Of a stretch of 64,000 nucleotides of DNA, positions 9,101 to 20,203 are shown piece after piece. The DNA comes from Heteronotia binoei (taxonomy: Eukaryota). The position numbers were made by a program, and so were the translations under genes. The notes beneath the pieces are model-generated. The model had not been told where the DNA came from. It did not search any database and was given only the letters and a program-made list of their open reading frames with translations. The DNA lies in the NCBI RefSeq assembly GCF_032191835.1, contig NC_083237.1, positions 24,552,001-24,616,000 on the forward strand, read 5' to 3'. Position 1 is the first letter of the stretch. Each line of letters begins with the position of its first letter.

Positions 9101-12042
9101 TCAATTGCCTGCACCACCTACACATCCTTTCCTCAACAGCACTGGCCAATGTATGCAGTTGGAAGTGCTGTTGCCATTGCCATCAGGAATGCCAGCACTG
9201 TGTACCACCCACACTGGGCCCTGGCAGTTGCTCTACCTCAAAATATGCTGACACATTTAGTAGGCCCTTCCTTCAGCTGCTACTACTGGAAGCCTGCCTC
9301 GAGCTACAACCAAGCTTGCTTGGTTTCAAGAAAATCTTTTGACAGCTATTTTTCATGCTTTTCTTTGGTTGAAACACTGGGAAATTGCTGTGAAAGGTAG
9401 CACAGAATTGTATGCAACAAATGAATTAATTTCAAGTTACATGAAGTTCATACAAGCTTTTCTGCAGTTATCCCAAAAAGGATATTTATGAGGGGCTTGC
9501 AGCTTTTTACTGGCTGTGTTTCCCATGCCTTTAAAAGCAACCTGTTGTGCAGATACTTAGCCAGTGAACTAGTTTCATCCTTTTTAATATCTACAGGAGG
9601 TGTTTAGTTTTGGTGTCAGACAGCTGTTAAAAGCAGGACCAGTAAAATGGTACCAAATTCATAGTACCATCTCTTCCAGTGCTGTTGAGATATACCACAG
9701 TAATCTCCAATAATCTCTTTCTGCCCCACACCTCTTACTCTCACTCACTCACACAGAAATCTCATAGAAGGCCACCTGGCTACAGCTGGGGGTGCCAGCT
9801 TTTCATTGGCAGAGCTCCTATGTCTGCAACAACAGTATGATGAACAGAAAAGTTTCATCCAGCAAAAATGGAAGGAAAGAAAGAAAGAGAAAGGGAAAGA
9901 AAGGGAAATAATGAAATGGAAGGTAAGGAAAAGAAAAGAAAGACATGGAAAGAGAGAACATAAACATAATAGGAGCCATGTTGGATCAGACCAGTGGACT
10001 ATCCAGTCCAAAATTCCCTCATACAATGCCCAAAAAGCACCAGAATGTCCAGCAGTGGGGCCAGGGCACTAGGAGCTCTCCCACTGTTGCTTCCCCCCCA
10101 CCCCCCAGCACCAAGAATACAGACAGAGCATCACTTGCAGGGAAAGAAAGAAAGAAGGGGGGGGGCAAAGGAAAAAAAAAGCCTTCCTCACCATCAGATG
10201 ACCCCAGCCAGCAAAAATTCTGCCCAGGGGTCATTTGGTAAAAAAACCCAGCTATTGGAATGCCCACTCCCTGCCCCTCCCAACTGAAAAAAAACATACA
10301 CACCCTTCTTTGCCGCCCAGGCCTCCCGGGGAAATCTCCCCAAAAGAACATACTACAAGGCACATGAAAGCTCATACCTTGAAGAACACTTCATGAGTCT
10401 AAAGTGCCAGTGGATGCCAGCTTTTCTGTCAAACACTGGGAGCGGAAGAGAAGGAAGGAGAGGCAGCCCAGCTCCTCTCTGCACAATACAGAAATGGGGC
10501 GGGGCTAGCTTTGCTGGGGGCAGGGCTAGCTTTGGCTTTTCTTGTGATCTGGTAGTGAGGCTTCCGTGGCCTGGTATCGGGTCATGACCCTGCAAACGGG
10601 AAGCACTGCTCTACTGTCATGGCATAACCTTCAGACAGGGATCAGAAACAAGGGCAAAATTTTCATTCCAGTTACCTGCTGCAGCAGTTTCATCTTCTGC
10701 TGCTGCTCTGTATTTATTCTTTCCTTTTTATTCAAAGGATGTCAAAGTGAAGCACCCGAGGGAGCATTTTTTTAAACTGGTTCACACTCACAGCAATTCC
10801 TCCTCCCCTTTATTCATAGAGTAACAGAGCTTATTTATATAAAACATTTTAATGCTGCCTTTCTACCAAAATAGGGTCTCCAAGGCAGTAAACACTGAAA
10901 CATCTGAACGTTTAAAAAACCCATTTAAAATAATAGTTCTAATGGCTTTTAAGACAATGTTTTAATTTGTATCTTTCATTAGCCAACTTGATGACCCTAT
11001 AGAGGCAGAAAAGCCAGGTAAAAATCTAGTTAATATATAATTTTATTAACTAGATTTTATTAAGTAGATATATATAATTTTATTAACTAGATTTATTAAC
11101 TANNNNNNNNNNNNNNNNNNNNNNNNNNNNNNNNNNNNNNNNNNNNNNNNNNNNNNNNNNNNNNNNNNNNNNNNNNNNNNNNNNNNNNNNNNNNNNNNNN
11201 NNNNNNNNNNNNNNNNNNNNNNNNNNNNNNNNNNNNNNNNNNAGTACCGCAGTCTGAACTCTCTGCTCACGACCTGAGTTCAATCCTGGCGGAAGCTGGT
11301 TTCAGGTAGCCAGCTCAGGTTGACTCAGCCTTCCATCCTTCTGAGGTCGGTAAAATGAGTACCCAGCTTGCTGGGGGGAAAGTGTAGATGACTGGGGAAG
11401 GCAATGGCAAACCACCCCATAAAAAAGTCTGCTGTGAAAACATTGTGAAAGCAACGTCACCCCAGAGTCGGAAATGACTGGTGCTTGCACAGGGGACTAC
11501 CTTTACACTATATATATAATGTGCAGAAGTTTAAAAAGAAAATAAACTTATATTTTTGGCCTCCCACACCTTACAGTACTTCAGGAGTATGGATGCCACC
11601 TCCAGGATGGGAGATTCCTGGAGATTTGGGGGTAGGGCCAGGGGAAGCTGGAATCTGAGGAGGCCAGGGAGCTCAGCTGGGACATGAAGCCATCCAGTCC
11701 ATCCTTCAAAGCTGCCAGTTTCTCCAGGGAAACTGATCTCTGTAGTTGGGACTCTGGAGGTCAGCTGTAATTCTGGAAGATCTCCAGCCACCACCTGGAG
11801 ATTGGCAATCCCACTCAGGAGCAATTCAACAGCAAATAAGAACCAACCCAAACTCTCTCTGCCCCCACCCCCATGGAACTGCATGCTCTCCTTCACCAAC
11901 CCAAGTAATTCTGGTAGCAGTTGCGGGTCTGGTTGGCATTTGGGAAGCGTGGGTCAAATGGGGCTGTGACATAATTGTCTCCCTTTTGTCTCCTGGTCTT
12001 GCTGAACTCCTCCAACGACGAGGCAGCTGAAAAATTCTGCAT
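6125..12042 (-). CDS. COX6B2: Cytochrome c oxidase subunit 6B (COX6B2 by synteny), 3 coding exons, 98 aa
   Basis: Exons 11901-12042, 7913-8013 and 6125-6178 join by GT-AG in frame (297 nt): [101 protein letters not shown]6B Cx9C/Cx10C pattern and PFDxRFP motif. Family assignment is certain; COX6B2 versus COX6B1 rests on adjacency to GARIN5B. Confidence 0.9.
6290..6513 (-). mobile_element. hAT (Blackjack-like) MITE
   Basis: cacagagtccaccctccaaa..tgatctccagg..ctggcaacccta, reverse of the 220-bp family. Confidence 0.65.
6715..6788. repeat. (AGAAT)n pentanucleotide microsatellite, expanded CR1 tail
   Basis: About 14 perfect units directly adjoining the CR1 3' end gaaagggacctccaggctcacctagtcca. 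Confidence 0.95.
6928..7606 (+). mobile_element. hAT (Blackjack-like) MITE, 679 bp
   Basis: TIRs tagggttgcca/tggcaagccta; 8-bp TSD ccaggatc (6920-6927 and 7607-7614). Confidence 0.88.
7913..8013 (-). CDS. COX6B2: COX6B coding exon 2 (DYYRC...LCPVSW)
   Basis: cctgcag acceptor, GTGAGT donor, 101 nt. Confidence 0.95.
8122..8707 (+). mobile_element. hAT (Charlie-like) MITE
   Basis: caggggtgt...gtttgacacccttg termini; TSD ttctaagc (8114-8121 and 8708-8715). Confidence 0.85.
11103..11242. other. Assembly gap (140 N)
   Basis: Run of N in COX6B intron. Confidence 1.
11243..11510 (+). mobile_element. Sauria SINE (5' end lost in gap)
   Basis: gactcagccttccatccttctgaggtcggtaaaatgagtacc..gcaatggcaaaccacccc..gcacaggggactaccttta. 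Confidence 0.9.
11590..11812 (-). mobile_element. hAT (Blackjack-like) MITE
   Basis: ctccagggaaactgatctctgtag..cacctggagattggcaatccc. Confidence 0.65.
11901..12042 (-). CDS. COX6B2: COX6B coding exon 1 (MQNF...QNYL)
   Basis: Acceptor ctttcag at 12045-12046, ATG 12042, donor GTTGGT, phase 1. Confidence 0.88.
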
Positions 12043-12489
12043 TTCTGAAAGGGAGGAATAAGTGCGGAAAGGTGACCTGCCGTACTCCAGCACAAACACC
12101 CACCCCAGCCTCCAGCTTTCTTCCGAGGGGTCATGGGGGTGCTAGCTCATACAGAATCACCACCCCAAGAGCTTCTATCCCAGTTCCGGTTTCTCAATGG
12201 CCCAAGAGACTCTGCAAAGCTAATAAATCTTTGCTCTTGCTTCAGCCTTGCCATCCACCCAATCCAACCTTTACCTTTAACCTTGTGGAGGTGATCTTTG
12301 TATCAGGACAAGATGGAAGAAAGCTGCCCAGAAGTAAGCGGAAGCTGAGTAACCCCCTGCAATGCTGGCAGGGACTGCTCTGCTTGCAATGGACAATGAT
12401 GACCCCCACCCACCCACTCACCCTCCTAGCATAGGCTCACCCATCACCTCCCTGGGTGCTCCTGGTGCCTTTGGATCCAGCTGGTGGTA

Positions 12490-13140
12490 GCATGCAGGCT
12501 TGGGAAATCCTGGAGATTTGGGAGGGGGGAGCATTGAAAGGGCAGGAGTTAAGAAGGGGATGGAGCTCAGCAGCAATTTGATGTCACAGAGTCCACCCTC
12601 CAAAGCGGTCATGTTTTCAGGGAACTGATCACTGTAACTCTGGGAGATTTCCAGGTTCCATATGAACGCTGGCAACCCTAGTTTGGTCACAGTCAAGGCT
12701 TCCCCTTCAGTCTTTCATGGCTGCCTGCCAACCTCATAACTCTCAGATAGGATTGCCTGCCCTCTCCAGGCTCTATTACCAAATCTCCAGGAATTTCCCA
12801 ATCTGGAGTTGGGGATCCTATTGGGTGGCTAAACTAGCACTAACAACTGACTGGAAAACGTAACCTGGCCTGCTCTAGCACTTGATATGCAGAAATAATC
12901 AGGTGTTTAGGGTTGCAAGGTTCCCCTGTCCACTGACGGGGGATGGGGGTGTAGGGAAAACAGATTCAGGCTGGGAAAACCCTGAAGATTTGGGGATGCA
13001 GCTAGGGACCTCAGAAGGGTACAATGGCATAGAGTCCACCCTCCAAAGCATCCATCTCCTCCAGGGAAACTGATCACTGTAGTCTGGAGTTAAGCTGTAA
13101 ACCTGGGGGATCCCCAGGTCCCACCTGGAAGCTGGCATCT
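12490..13140. mobile_element. Cluster of Blackjack-like MITE copies (about 12490-12682, 12750-12822, 12906-13140)
   Basis: Repeated agggttgc/ggcaacccta termini and cagagtccaccctccaaagc core. Confidence 0.6.
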
Positions 13141-13258
13141 TCTCTACTCTAAGGACTTTTGATGCAGCATGGAGATACACATACTCCCCCCATCCATTAA
13201 TTCCTGTAGGCTAAATGCCTGTTAAAGACCCTAAAGAGCCCAGTTCAAATGTTGGCAA

Positions 13259-13734
13259 TAGGGTTGCCAAGTCCAATTCAAGAAATACCTGGGGACTTTG
13301 GGGATGGAGCCAGGAGACATTGGGGGTGGAGCCAAGAGCAAGGGTATTACAAGCATAATTGAACTCCAAGGGAGTTCTGGCCATCACATTTAAAGGGACA
13401 GCACACCTTTTAAAATCCTTCCATAGGAAATAATGAAGGATAGGGGCATCTTCTTTTGGGGTTCATAGAATTGGACCCCCTGGTCCAATCATTTTGAAAC
13501 TTGGGGGGTATTTTGGGGAGAGGCACCAGATCTTTGCCCCAAATTTGGTTCCTCTACCTCAAAAAAGAGCCCCGCCCCAGAGCCCCCGATACCTGCGGAT
13601 CAATTCCCCATTATTTCCTATGGGAATTGTTCTCCATAGGGAATAATTTCCCAGTAGACTTTTCCCTCCCTCCCCTGCTTTCTGATGACCCTAAAGCAGC
13701 GGGAGGGCCTCCAAACCTGGGGATTGGCAACCCT
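13259..13734 (+). mobile_element. hAT (Blackjack-like) MITE, about 500-bp family
   Basis: tagggttgccaagtccaattcaagaaat start, ggattggcaaccct end; highly similar to 1047 and 6928 copies. Confidence 0.85.
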
Positions 13735-14106
13735 CTCTTTCACACACACACACTTACTGGATCTGGTTCCTCCACAACGACATATGAAAAGAACAGGGGC
13801 TAAGCTGCTCTCTCTCTCTCACACACACACACACACTTAGTTGCTCTTAAACAAAAGCAAAACAAATGGAGGGACTGTGTTGCTGACCCTTCCCATGAAG
13901 TACTTTCTGCTCAGTTTTAAAGGCACACACACACATTTTGAAACGGACCTGTTTGCAGGTTTCTAAACCTGCCAGAGCTCTAGAGCTGCATGGTGGCTGT
14001 GGGGGCGGGGTTTTCCCCAACGGCCAGTTGGCTGGGGCAGGGGAAGCCTGTAAAACCAGGGAATCCTCTGCTGGGACCTGGGGATTGGGAAGCCTAGTTG
14101 GCAACC

Positions 14107-14790
14107 TAGGTTTGCCAATTGTAGATTGAAAATGCTTGGATTTGGGGGTGGAGCCTGTGGAGGGCATAATTTTGGGAGAGGAAAGGCTTTAGCAGGGAAT
14201 CATCATCAGACTCACCCCCCTCACCACACCCCCCCCCTCTCAAGGTCATTACTTTTGTCACTCAGTTGGTCTGACTGGATCCCAAAAGCCACTTCAGAGG
14301 AGGAGGAGGAGGATGGGGGCAGGGAAATGTGGCACTTCCTCAGCCTCTGATTGGGTGAACAGTCACTAGAGTAAACTGCCAGCCAATGAACTTCGAGATG
14401 AACTGTCACAGATTTTTCTAGGCAGGGGGTTAGTGCTGGCATTTCCCCTTCCTGCTTGGAAGAATTGCCCTTCAGCCAATCAGCTTGCAGATACAACCCT
14501 GGCGCTTAAGTGCTGGGAATAACTGCCTTGGAATTTTCTGGAGAGGTCAGGGAGGGAAGGGTCTATAGTTGCCAGCCTCCAGGTGGGGCCTGGAGATCTC
14601 CCGCTTATGCAACTGATCACCAGCTGGCAGAGAGCAGCTCCCCTGAAGAAAATGTCTGTTTTGAAGGGTGGACTCTGTGGCATTGTACCATGCTGAGGCC
14701 CCTCCCCTCTGCTCCCCCAAACCCCCTCCCCCTCCTATCTCCACACCCAAAGTCTCCAGGTATTTTCCAACACAGACCTGGCAACCCTAG
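14107..14790 (+). mobile_element. Composite Blackjack-like MITE
   Basis: taggtttgcca start, cctggcaacccta end, 220-bp family core at 14560-14790. Confidence 0.6.
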
Positions 14791-15806
14791 AAGGGGCTGT
14801 TTGAAACCATGAGCCAATCAGGACCAGGAGTTTCTACCTCTTCCAGGGTAACAGAGAAAACAGGTCAGTGTGCATTTCCACATGTATTCTGTTATTTATT
14901 CTATTTCTCTGTGTGTAAATTATATCTATCAACAAAACAACCAAAGAAAATACTACCGCTGACAAGAAGGGGGGAAGGGGTTGTGTGCATTTTTTCCCCT
15001 TTCTTCATCAGGCTGTGGGTTCCCTCCCCCCCCCCCCCAACATTCCCAGTAACAGATATTGCTGATCCAAGATACGTAAAACAGTAAATCTGGCTCATTG
15101 ATACTTAATATTATTGTCTAATAAATCATGAGTAAGGCATAATAGCTAAACTGCATATTTTATGGAACCTATGGAGGATACCTGACTGGATATCACAATG
15201 TATTTCCGACTGAAAATGTGTCTCATTGTGAATATATAGATCTTACCTTATACTGGATGAGGCTGTTGGGCTATCTATTTTGTCAGAGAAAGGTCTTTCC
15301 TAAACTAGCTAGCCCTGATGCATTAACTGGAGGTGGAGAGATAAAACTAGGGATCTTTTCACATAAACCTGTATAAATTGTAGCTGGGCCTCACAGAATG
15401 CAACACTGAGAGGAAAAGAATGTAATTCTTCCACTACTCCGTTTTCACCACCTCCCAAGCTGATAGTTCACCTACAGGGTGTGAAGGGAGAGCCAGTAAA
15501 GCCAACAAGAGCTGTGAATGGAAATTTCATAGGCAAAATGGCACAACACCCTCTCTCTCTCACAGCTCCACTGTTCCCATTCAGTCTAGGGTTGCTAGCT
15601 CCAAACTGGAAAATTCCTGGAAATTGGGACTGGATCCAGGGAAGGGGAGGGACCTCTATGTTTCCATGTCCTCAAAATATGGCTGTTGGCTCCATTGTAA
15701 AAATAACAGAAGGACTTGTACACATGTTCACCTACTGGAGGGATCCCCATCTTCAAGGCTGTGCTGATGCTATCTAAAGACATCACAGACTGCACGTCAG
15801 CTAGCC

Positions 15807-16195
15807 CAGGGGTTGCCAAACTGTGGCTCAGGAGCCATGCCACATGTGGCTCTTTCACACATATTGTGTGGCTCTCAAAGCCTCCACTGCCCAGTTGGCT
15901 GTCTTGAAGAAGGCATTTGTCTCTTTAAATCACTTCTCCAAGCCAAACCAGCTTGGAGAATGCATTTGAAGTTGCTTTCTTTTCACCTCTCCCCATCTGT
16001 TTTCTTTCCATCTTTCTTCCCACCCACCCACAAATCCACCCACCCTCCTTTTTTCCTTTCTTCCTTCCTTCCCTCCCTCTCTCCTTCCTTTCTGTCTTGC
16101 AGCTGTCAAACATGTGACATTCATGACTTGCGGCTCTCAAACATCTGACGTTTATTCTAAGTGGCTCTTACTTTAAGCAAGTTTGGCCACCCCTG
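15807..16195 (+). mobile_element. hAT (Charlie-like) MITE
   Basis: caggggttgccaaact / agtttggccacccctg; TSD agctagcc on both sides. Confidence 0.85.
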
Positions 16196-16974
16196 AGCTA
16201 GCCTGTAAGGTTAAAGTGTGGAAGCAGAAACATCCAGCCCAAAGTCACAGGTATAAAAGCCTTCTGCCAACAATCTGTGTTTTCTGATTATTATGTTTGG
16301 CCCAGCCAGAGAAGACAAAAAAGAGACACTATTTTAGTGAAATTTTTTTTATTAAGAATGCCCTTTGATCCTCCACATATCCAAACCATCCATTTGCTCC
16401 TATTCCTCTCAACATGCGATTCCTGGTTATTTTGAAACTTGGCTTGCTTCACAACACGGGCTGTGAATTAACTGCAAGCAAAAGTGGTGCAGACTTCATC
16501 TAGACAGGGTCCTTTCAAATCTGGCTCAGTTGTAACTTCTAAAAACAAAAGCAAAAAAAAAGGTATTTTACAGTGTAGAGGAGAAAGTCCTTTAAACATA
16601 ATCCAGATACAGTAAAACCACCACCGTGAGGCTTTCGGATTACTGGGCATCTTGAAATCCCTTCAGATGCAGGCTTGTGTTTTGTAGCTCTGTCCTATTA
16701 CTTCCCTTGCCCTGGGACCTAAGCTGCCCATCATCCCAACAGGATATGGATGTAGGGCACATTCCAGCACAATCTCATTTCCCATTGAAAGACAAATGAG
16801 CTGCATATGAACCTGGTTGTGTATTCCACTTCACTGTTCCCTTAGGACTTTCTAACCCAATTTTTCTCCCAAAGAGTAAGTAACAACAACAACCGCACAA
16901 GTCCTTGATTCTGCTACCTCTGAGAAAATAACTTGCCAGTCTACCACCATCTGCCTATGAAGTTTGTCCAGAAG

Positions 16975-17420
16975 TTACAGTCAGTACAAAATGTGGCTGC
17001 CAGAAAGTTGGCTGAAGTGGGTCATAGAGACCATCATATCACTCCACTCTTGTTCCATCTACTCTGACTCCCAGGTTGCTTCTGAACCTAATTCCTGGTG
17101 CTGATATTGACCTTTAAACTACACAGCTTGGGGCCAGCATACCTGAAGGACCACCCACTCCCATATGAACCTACCCATCTACACTGGCCATCTTCAGAAG
17201 CCCTGCTTTAGGTGCCTGTAACGTACCTCTTCCATCTGAGGCTGTGGCAACTCAAGAAAGGGCCTTCTTGGTTGTGGCACCAAAACTCTGGCATTCTCCC
17301 CTCTCCCCGGGGCATTCATTAGTTTCCTTATTAGTCTCCCTCTGTCACTGTCTTTCATCAGCTGATGAAGACTTTTTTGTTTTGTCTGATGTTCCCCCAG
17401 TAATTGCTACTTCCCTCCTC
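16975..17420 (+). mobile_element. L2 LINE 3' fragment
   Basis: Degenerate VQNVAAR..DHITP..LGPAYLKD..ERAFLVVAPKLW L2 ORF2 C-terminus. Confidence 0.75.
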
Positions 17421-17481
17421 ACTGCTGTCTCGTGTGTGTGTGTGTGTTTTACCGAATTATTTAAATATTTTGTATATATTA

Positions 17482-17610
17482 AGGTAAAGGTAGTCCCCTG
17501 TGTAAGTACCAGTCATTTCTGACTTTGGGGTGATGTTGCATCACAACATTTTCATGGCAGACTTTCTATGGGGTGGTTTGCCATTGCCTTCCCCAGTCAT
17601 CTACACTTGG
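17482..17610 (-). mobile_element. Sauria SINE 3' fragment
   Basis: aaggtaaaggtagtcccctgtg..gtggtttgccattgccttccccag. Confidence 0.85.
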
Positions 17611-18782
17611 ACTGCAGTTGCAGCTTTATCACTCTGTGCCATGGGGCTCTTCAATTTTGTATATACTTTATTTTAAACAATATTTTAATGCCTCAGATAT
17701 TTTAATGTTTGCCATCTTGGGAACCCTTTTTTGGTGCAAAGGTGGCAGAGAAATATGTTAAACAAACATTCCCAGCTGCAGTTCAATAGATTTCCCTCCA
17801 TTCCACTACAATCAAGCCAGAAGTTTTGGTTCTTAACTTGATGAAATTAGTCTTCTCAAAAGAGCTCGGGATTTCCAGCAGCTGACATCTACAGTTTTAA
17901 CCTAATAGGGTTAGATGATATGTGAAATCTGTCTGATGGGAGGTCAGGACTACTTTCATTTTCGGAACAAGAGAGATGGAGACCACCTTTCAGCTGGATA
18001 TGGAATGCCATTGATTATCCTTGGCCTTCCAAGAGGTGCTGTAGTCACAGCCATTATGGAAGAGATGACTGCTTAGCAAGAATCCCCCTGGATCCTGTGT
18101 CCTTCTGCTATTCAGTGCTTGGTCTCGGATTCGTTCCTTTCTAGATAATATTTTCCCTCCCAGCACTACATCCCCCCTTCCCCACATTCTTGCCCTCTTT
18201 CATATCTCTGTGTACAGACACATCACAATCAGGGATTCTTGATTCTGCAGTTCCAAGCAAGTGCAGGTTTCCCATGCGGGATACAGAATTAAGCAGCCAA
18301 AAACTCTTAAATCTCAGTTCTCGGGCTTTAACTTTCCTATAACTGATCTTCTGATCACTTCTGTTTGCCTCCTGCCATCTCTACATTCATATACCTGGAA
18401 AGATAGAGTTGTGTAGAGTTCAAATGGTGTTTTGTTTTTTTGAAGAGGACAGAGAATCTTGAGCTTGTAAACTCAAATTTGCTTGTAAAAACTGCAAATG
18501 TATATTTTCCATATTTTTACATTGGGTTTAGCGTTTTTCTTTTAAGCTTCTGACAAAAAAGATACTGCATTTTGACAAGTTCATAGTTAACATTATTGCT
18601 GTAATGTTCAGCAGCTCCGTTTGCAATTTAGGGTTTATTGGTTATTTTTGTTTTTAACACACCCCTCAAAAATGACATTCGAAAAGGTTTCCAATTCAGA
18701 TATATTGGTGCCTCTCAAACACAGGCAAATTTCATGTCACCCCTAGTGTTAGTCTGTCTTCCCCTTGCCCTCTCCAAGTCTC

Positions 18783-20203
18783 CTATAATTCAAACCTGGC
18801 TGAGGCATCTTTGGTTACCTGACTGCCATATCCACCAGAAGGTGTTGTAACTCTGGATGCACGATTGCTGGGACCAGGAGTGGTAGCAGCAGTTGTCCTT
18901 AATGCAGGTGTATCTTCTATCTCCACAGTACCAAGCCATCCCTGTGGCTGGAATATATCATGCTCCTGTAATCTTGTGTCTGGTTCTCGGGAATTTCTTG
19001 CAGTGATTTTGCTGCCTGGTATTGAAGGACCAATGCCTTCAGAAACTGTTTTCCTCTGTGAGCGTCCCACACCTACCGATTTGGTTGAGCAACCCACACC
19101 CACTGATTTACAGAATTTGTCAGGTGGTCCAGGTGGTGAAAAGGGGCTTGAACACACTCTCCAGTTGTCATCCATTTGACTCTGTGGTTGGGAATGCAGT
19201 TTGCATCCCCTTTGCTCCTTCCAGCCACCTGTGACCGAGGGGCCAACAGCTGCCGATCTAGTTTCTACTGCAGAATGACCCACCCCTATGGAATTGCGGG
19301 ATCTGTCAGGTTGCCTGGTTAGTGCAGAGGGCATGGAACTTGGCCTCGAGGCATCCCCCCATTGACTCTGTGGTTGGGAATGCAGTTTGCATCCCCTTTG
19401 CTCCTTCCAGCCACCTATGACTGAGGGGCCAACAGCTGCCGATCTAGTTTCTACTGCAGAATGACCCACCCCTATGGAATTGCGGGATCTGTCAGGTGGC
19501 CTGGTTAGTGCAGAGGGCATGGAACTTGGCCTCGAGGCATCCCCCATTTTGCTCTGTTGCCGGGATTGGATGCGGGATTCCCCTTGCTGCTTCAAGTTGC
19601 CTGTGGCGGAGGGACCTGCCGCTGCATCCCTCAAGCTGCCTCTGACAGAGGGACCAACTGCTTCAGATTTAACGTCTGCTATAGCACTTCCCACCCCTAC
19701 TGAAACTTGGGATCTGTCTGGAGGTCCGGCTGTTGCAGAAGGCTGGGGATTTGGAATCCAGCCATCCTGCATTTTGCTCTGTTGCTGGGATTGCACACTG
19801 GGTTGCCCTTGCTCTCTCCAGTTGGGTGAAGTGGAGGAACCAGCAAGTGTAGGTTTTGCATCTGCTGTTGAAGTCCCCATGCCTATAGATTTGTTGGATT
19901 CGGGGCGAAGCACCTCGTTGCCTACAGGAGCTTCTTTGCTAAATGCAGATTTTTCAGAGAGTCCAGAACTAGGCGGTATCTGACTGGATGTGGGCCTGTC
20001 TAAATTAGAAGGAGAAGCAGAGTATTCCATATTGCTGGCAACTACAGTCGGCTGAGAGGTTCCTGTGTAGGAATGTGGAGTTGATAGGCTTCCTGGTTCC
20101 GACCCCAGTGTAGCTGTGGTACTGAAGGCTCCATCTGCCATCATCTCAGAAGAGAAGAAGGGCTCATCTGTCTGGAAACTTTTCCCAGAGGGTCCAATCA
20201 CTC
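18783..20203 (-). CDS. GARIN5B: GARIN5B-like giant exon 8 (62-aa repeats)
   Basis: 472-codon ORF, atttcag acceptor phase 1; ends at TAG 18783, or may splice at CAG|GTAACC (18819) to a further exon. Confidence 0.75.

Noticed and set aside
9806-10241. Lys/Glu/Arg-rich ORFs
   Set aside because: Purine-rich simple sequence and repeat fragments; no splice or homology support.
18420-18491. Possible extra terminal GARIN exon (FLQANLSLQAQDSLSSSKKQNTI*) after donor 18819
   Set aside because: Phase-compatible, but with no homology or expression evidence; left out of the model.
19474-19983. 169-aa plus-strand ORF, and the plus-strand ORFs over 59013-59548
   Set aside because: Antisense shadows of real minus-strand exons in repeat-rich or GC-rich sequence.
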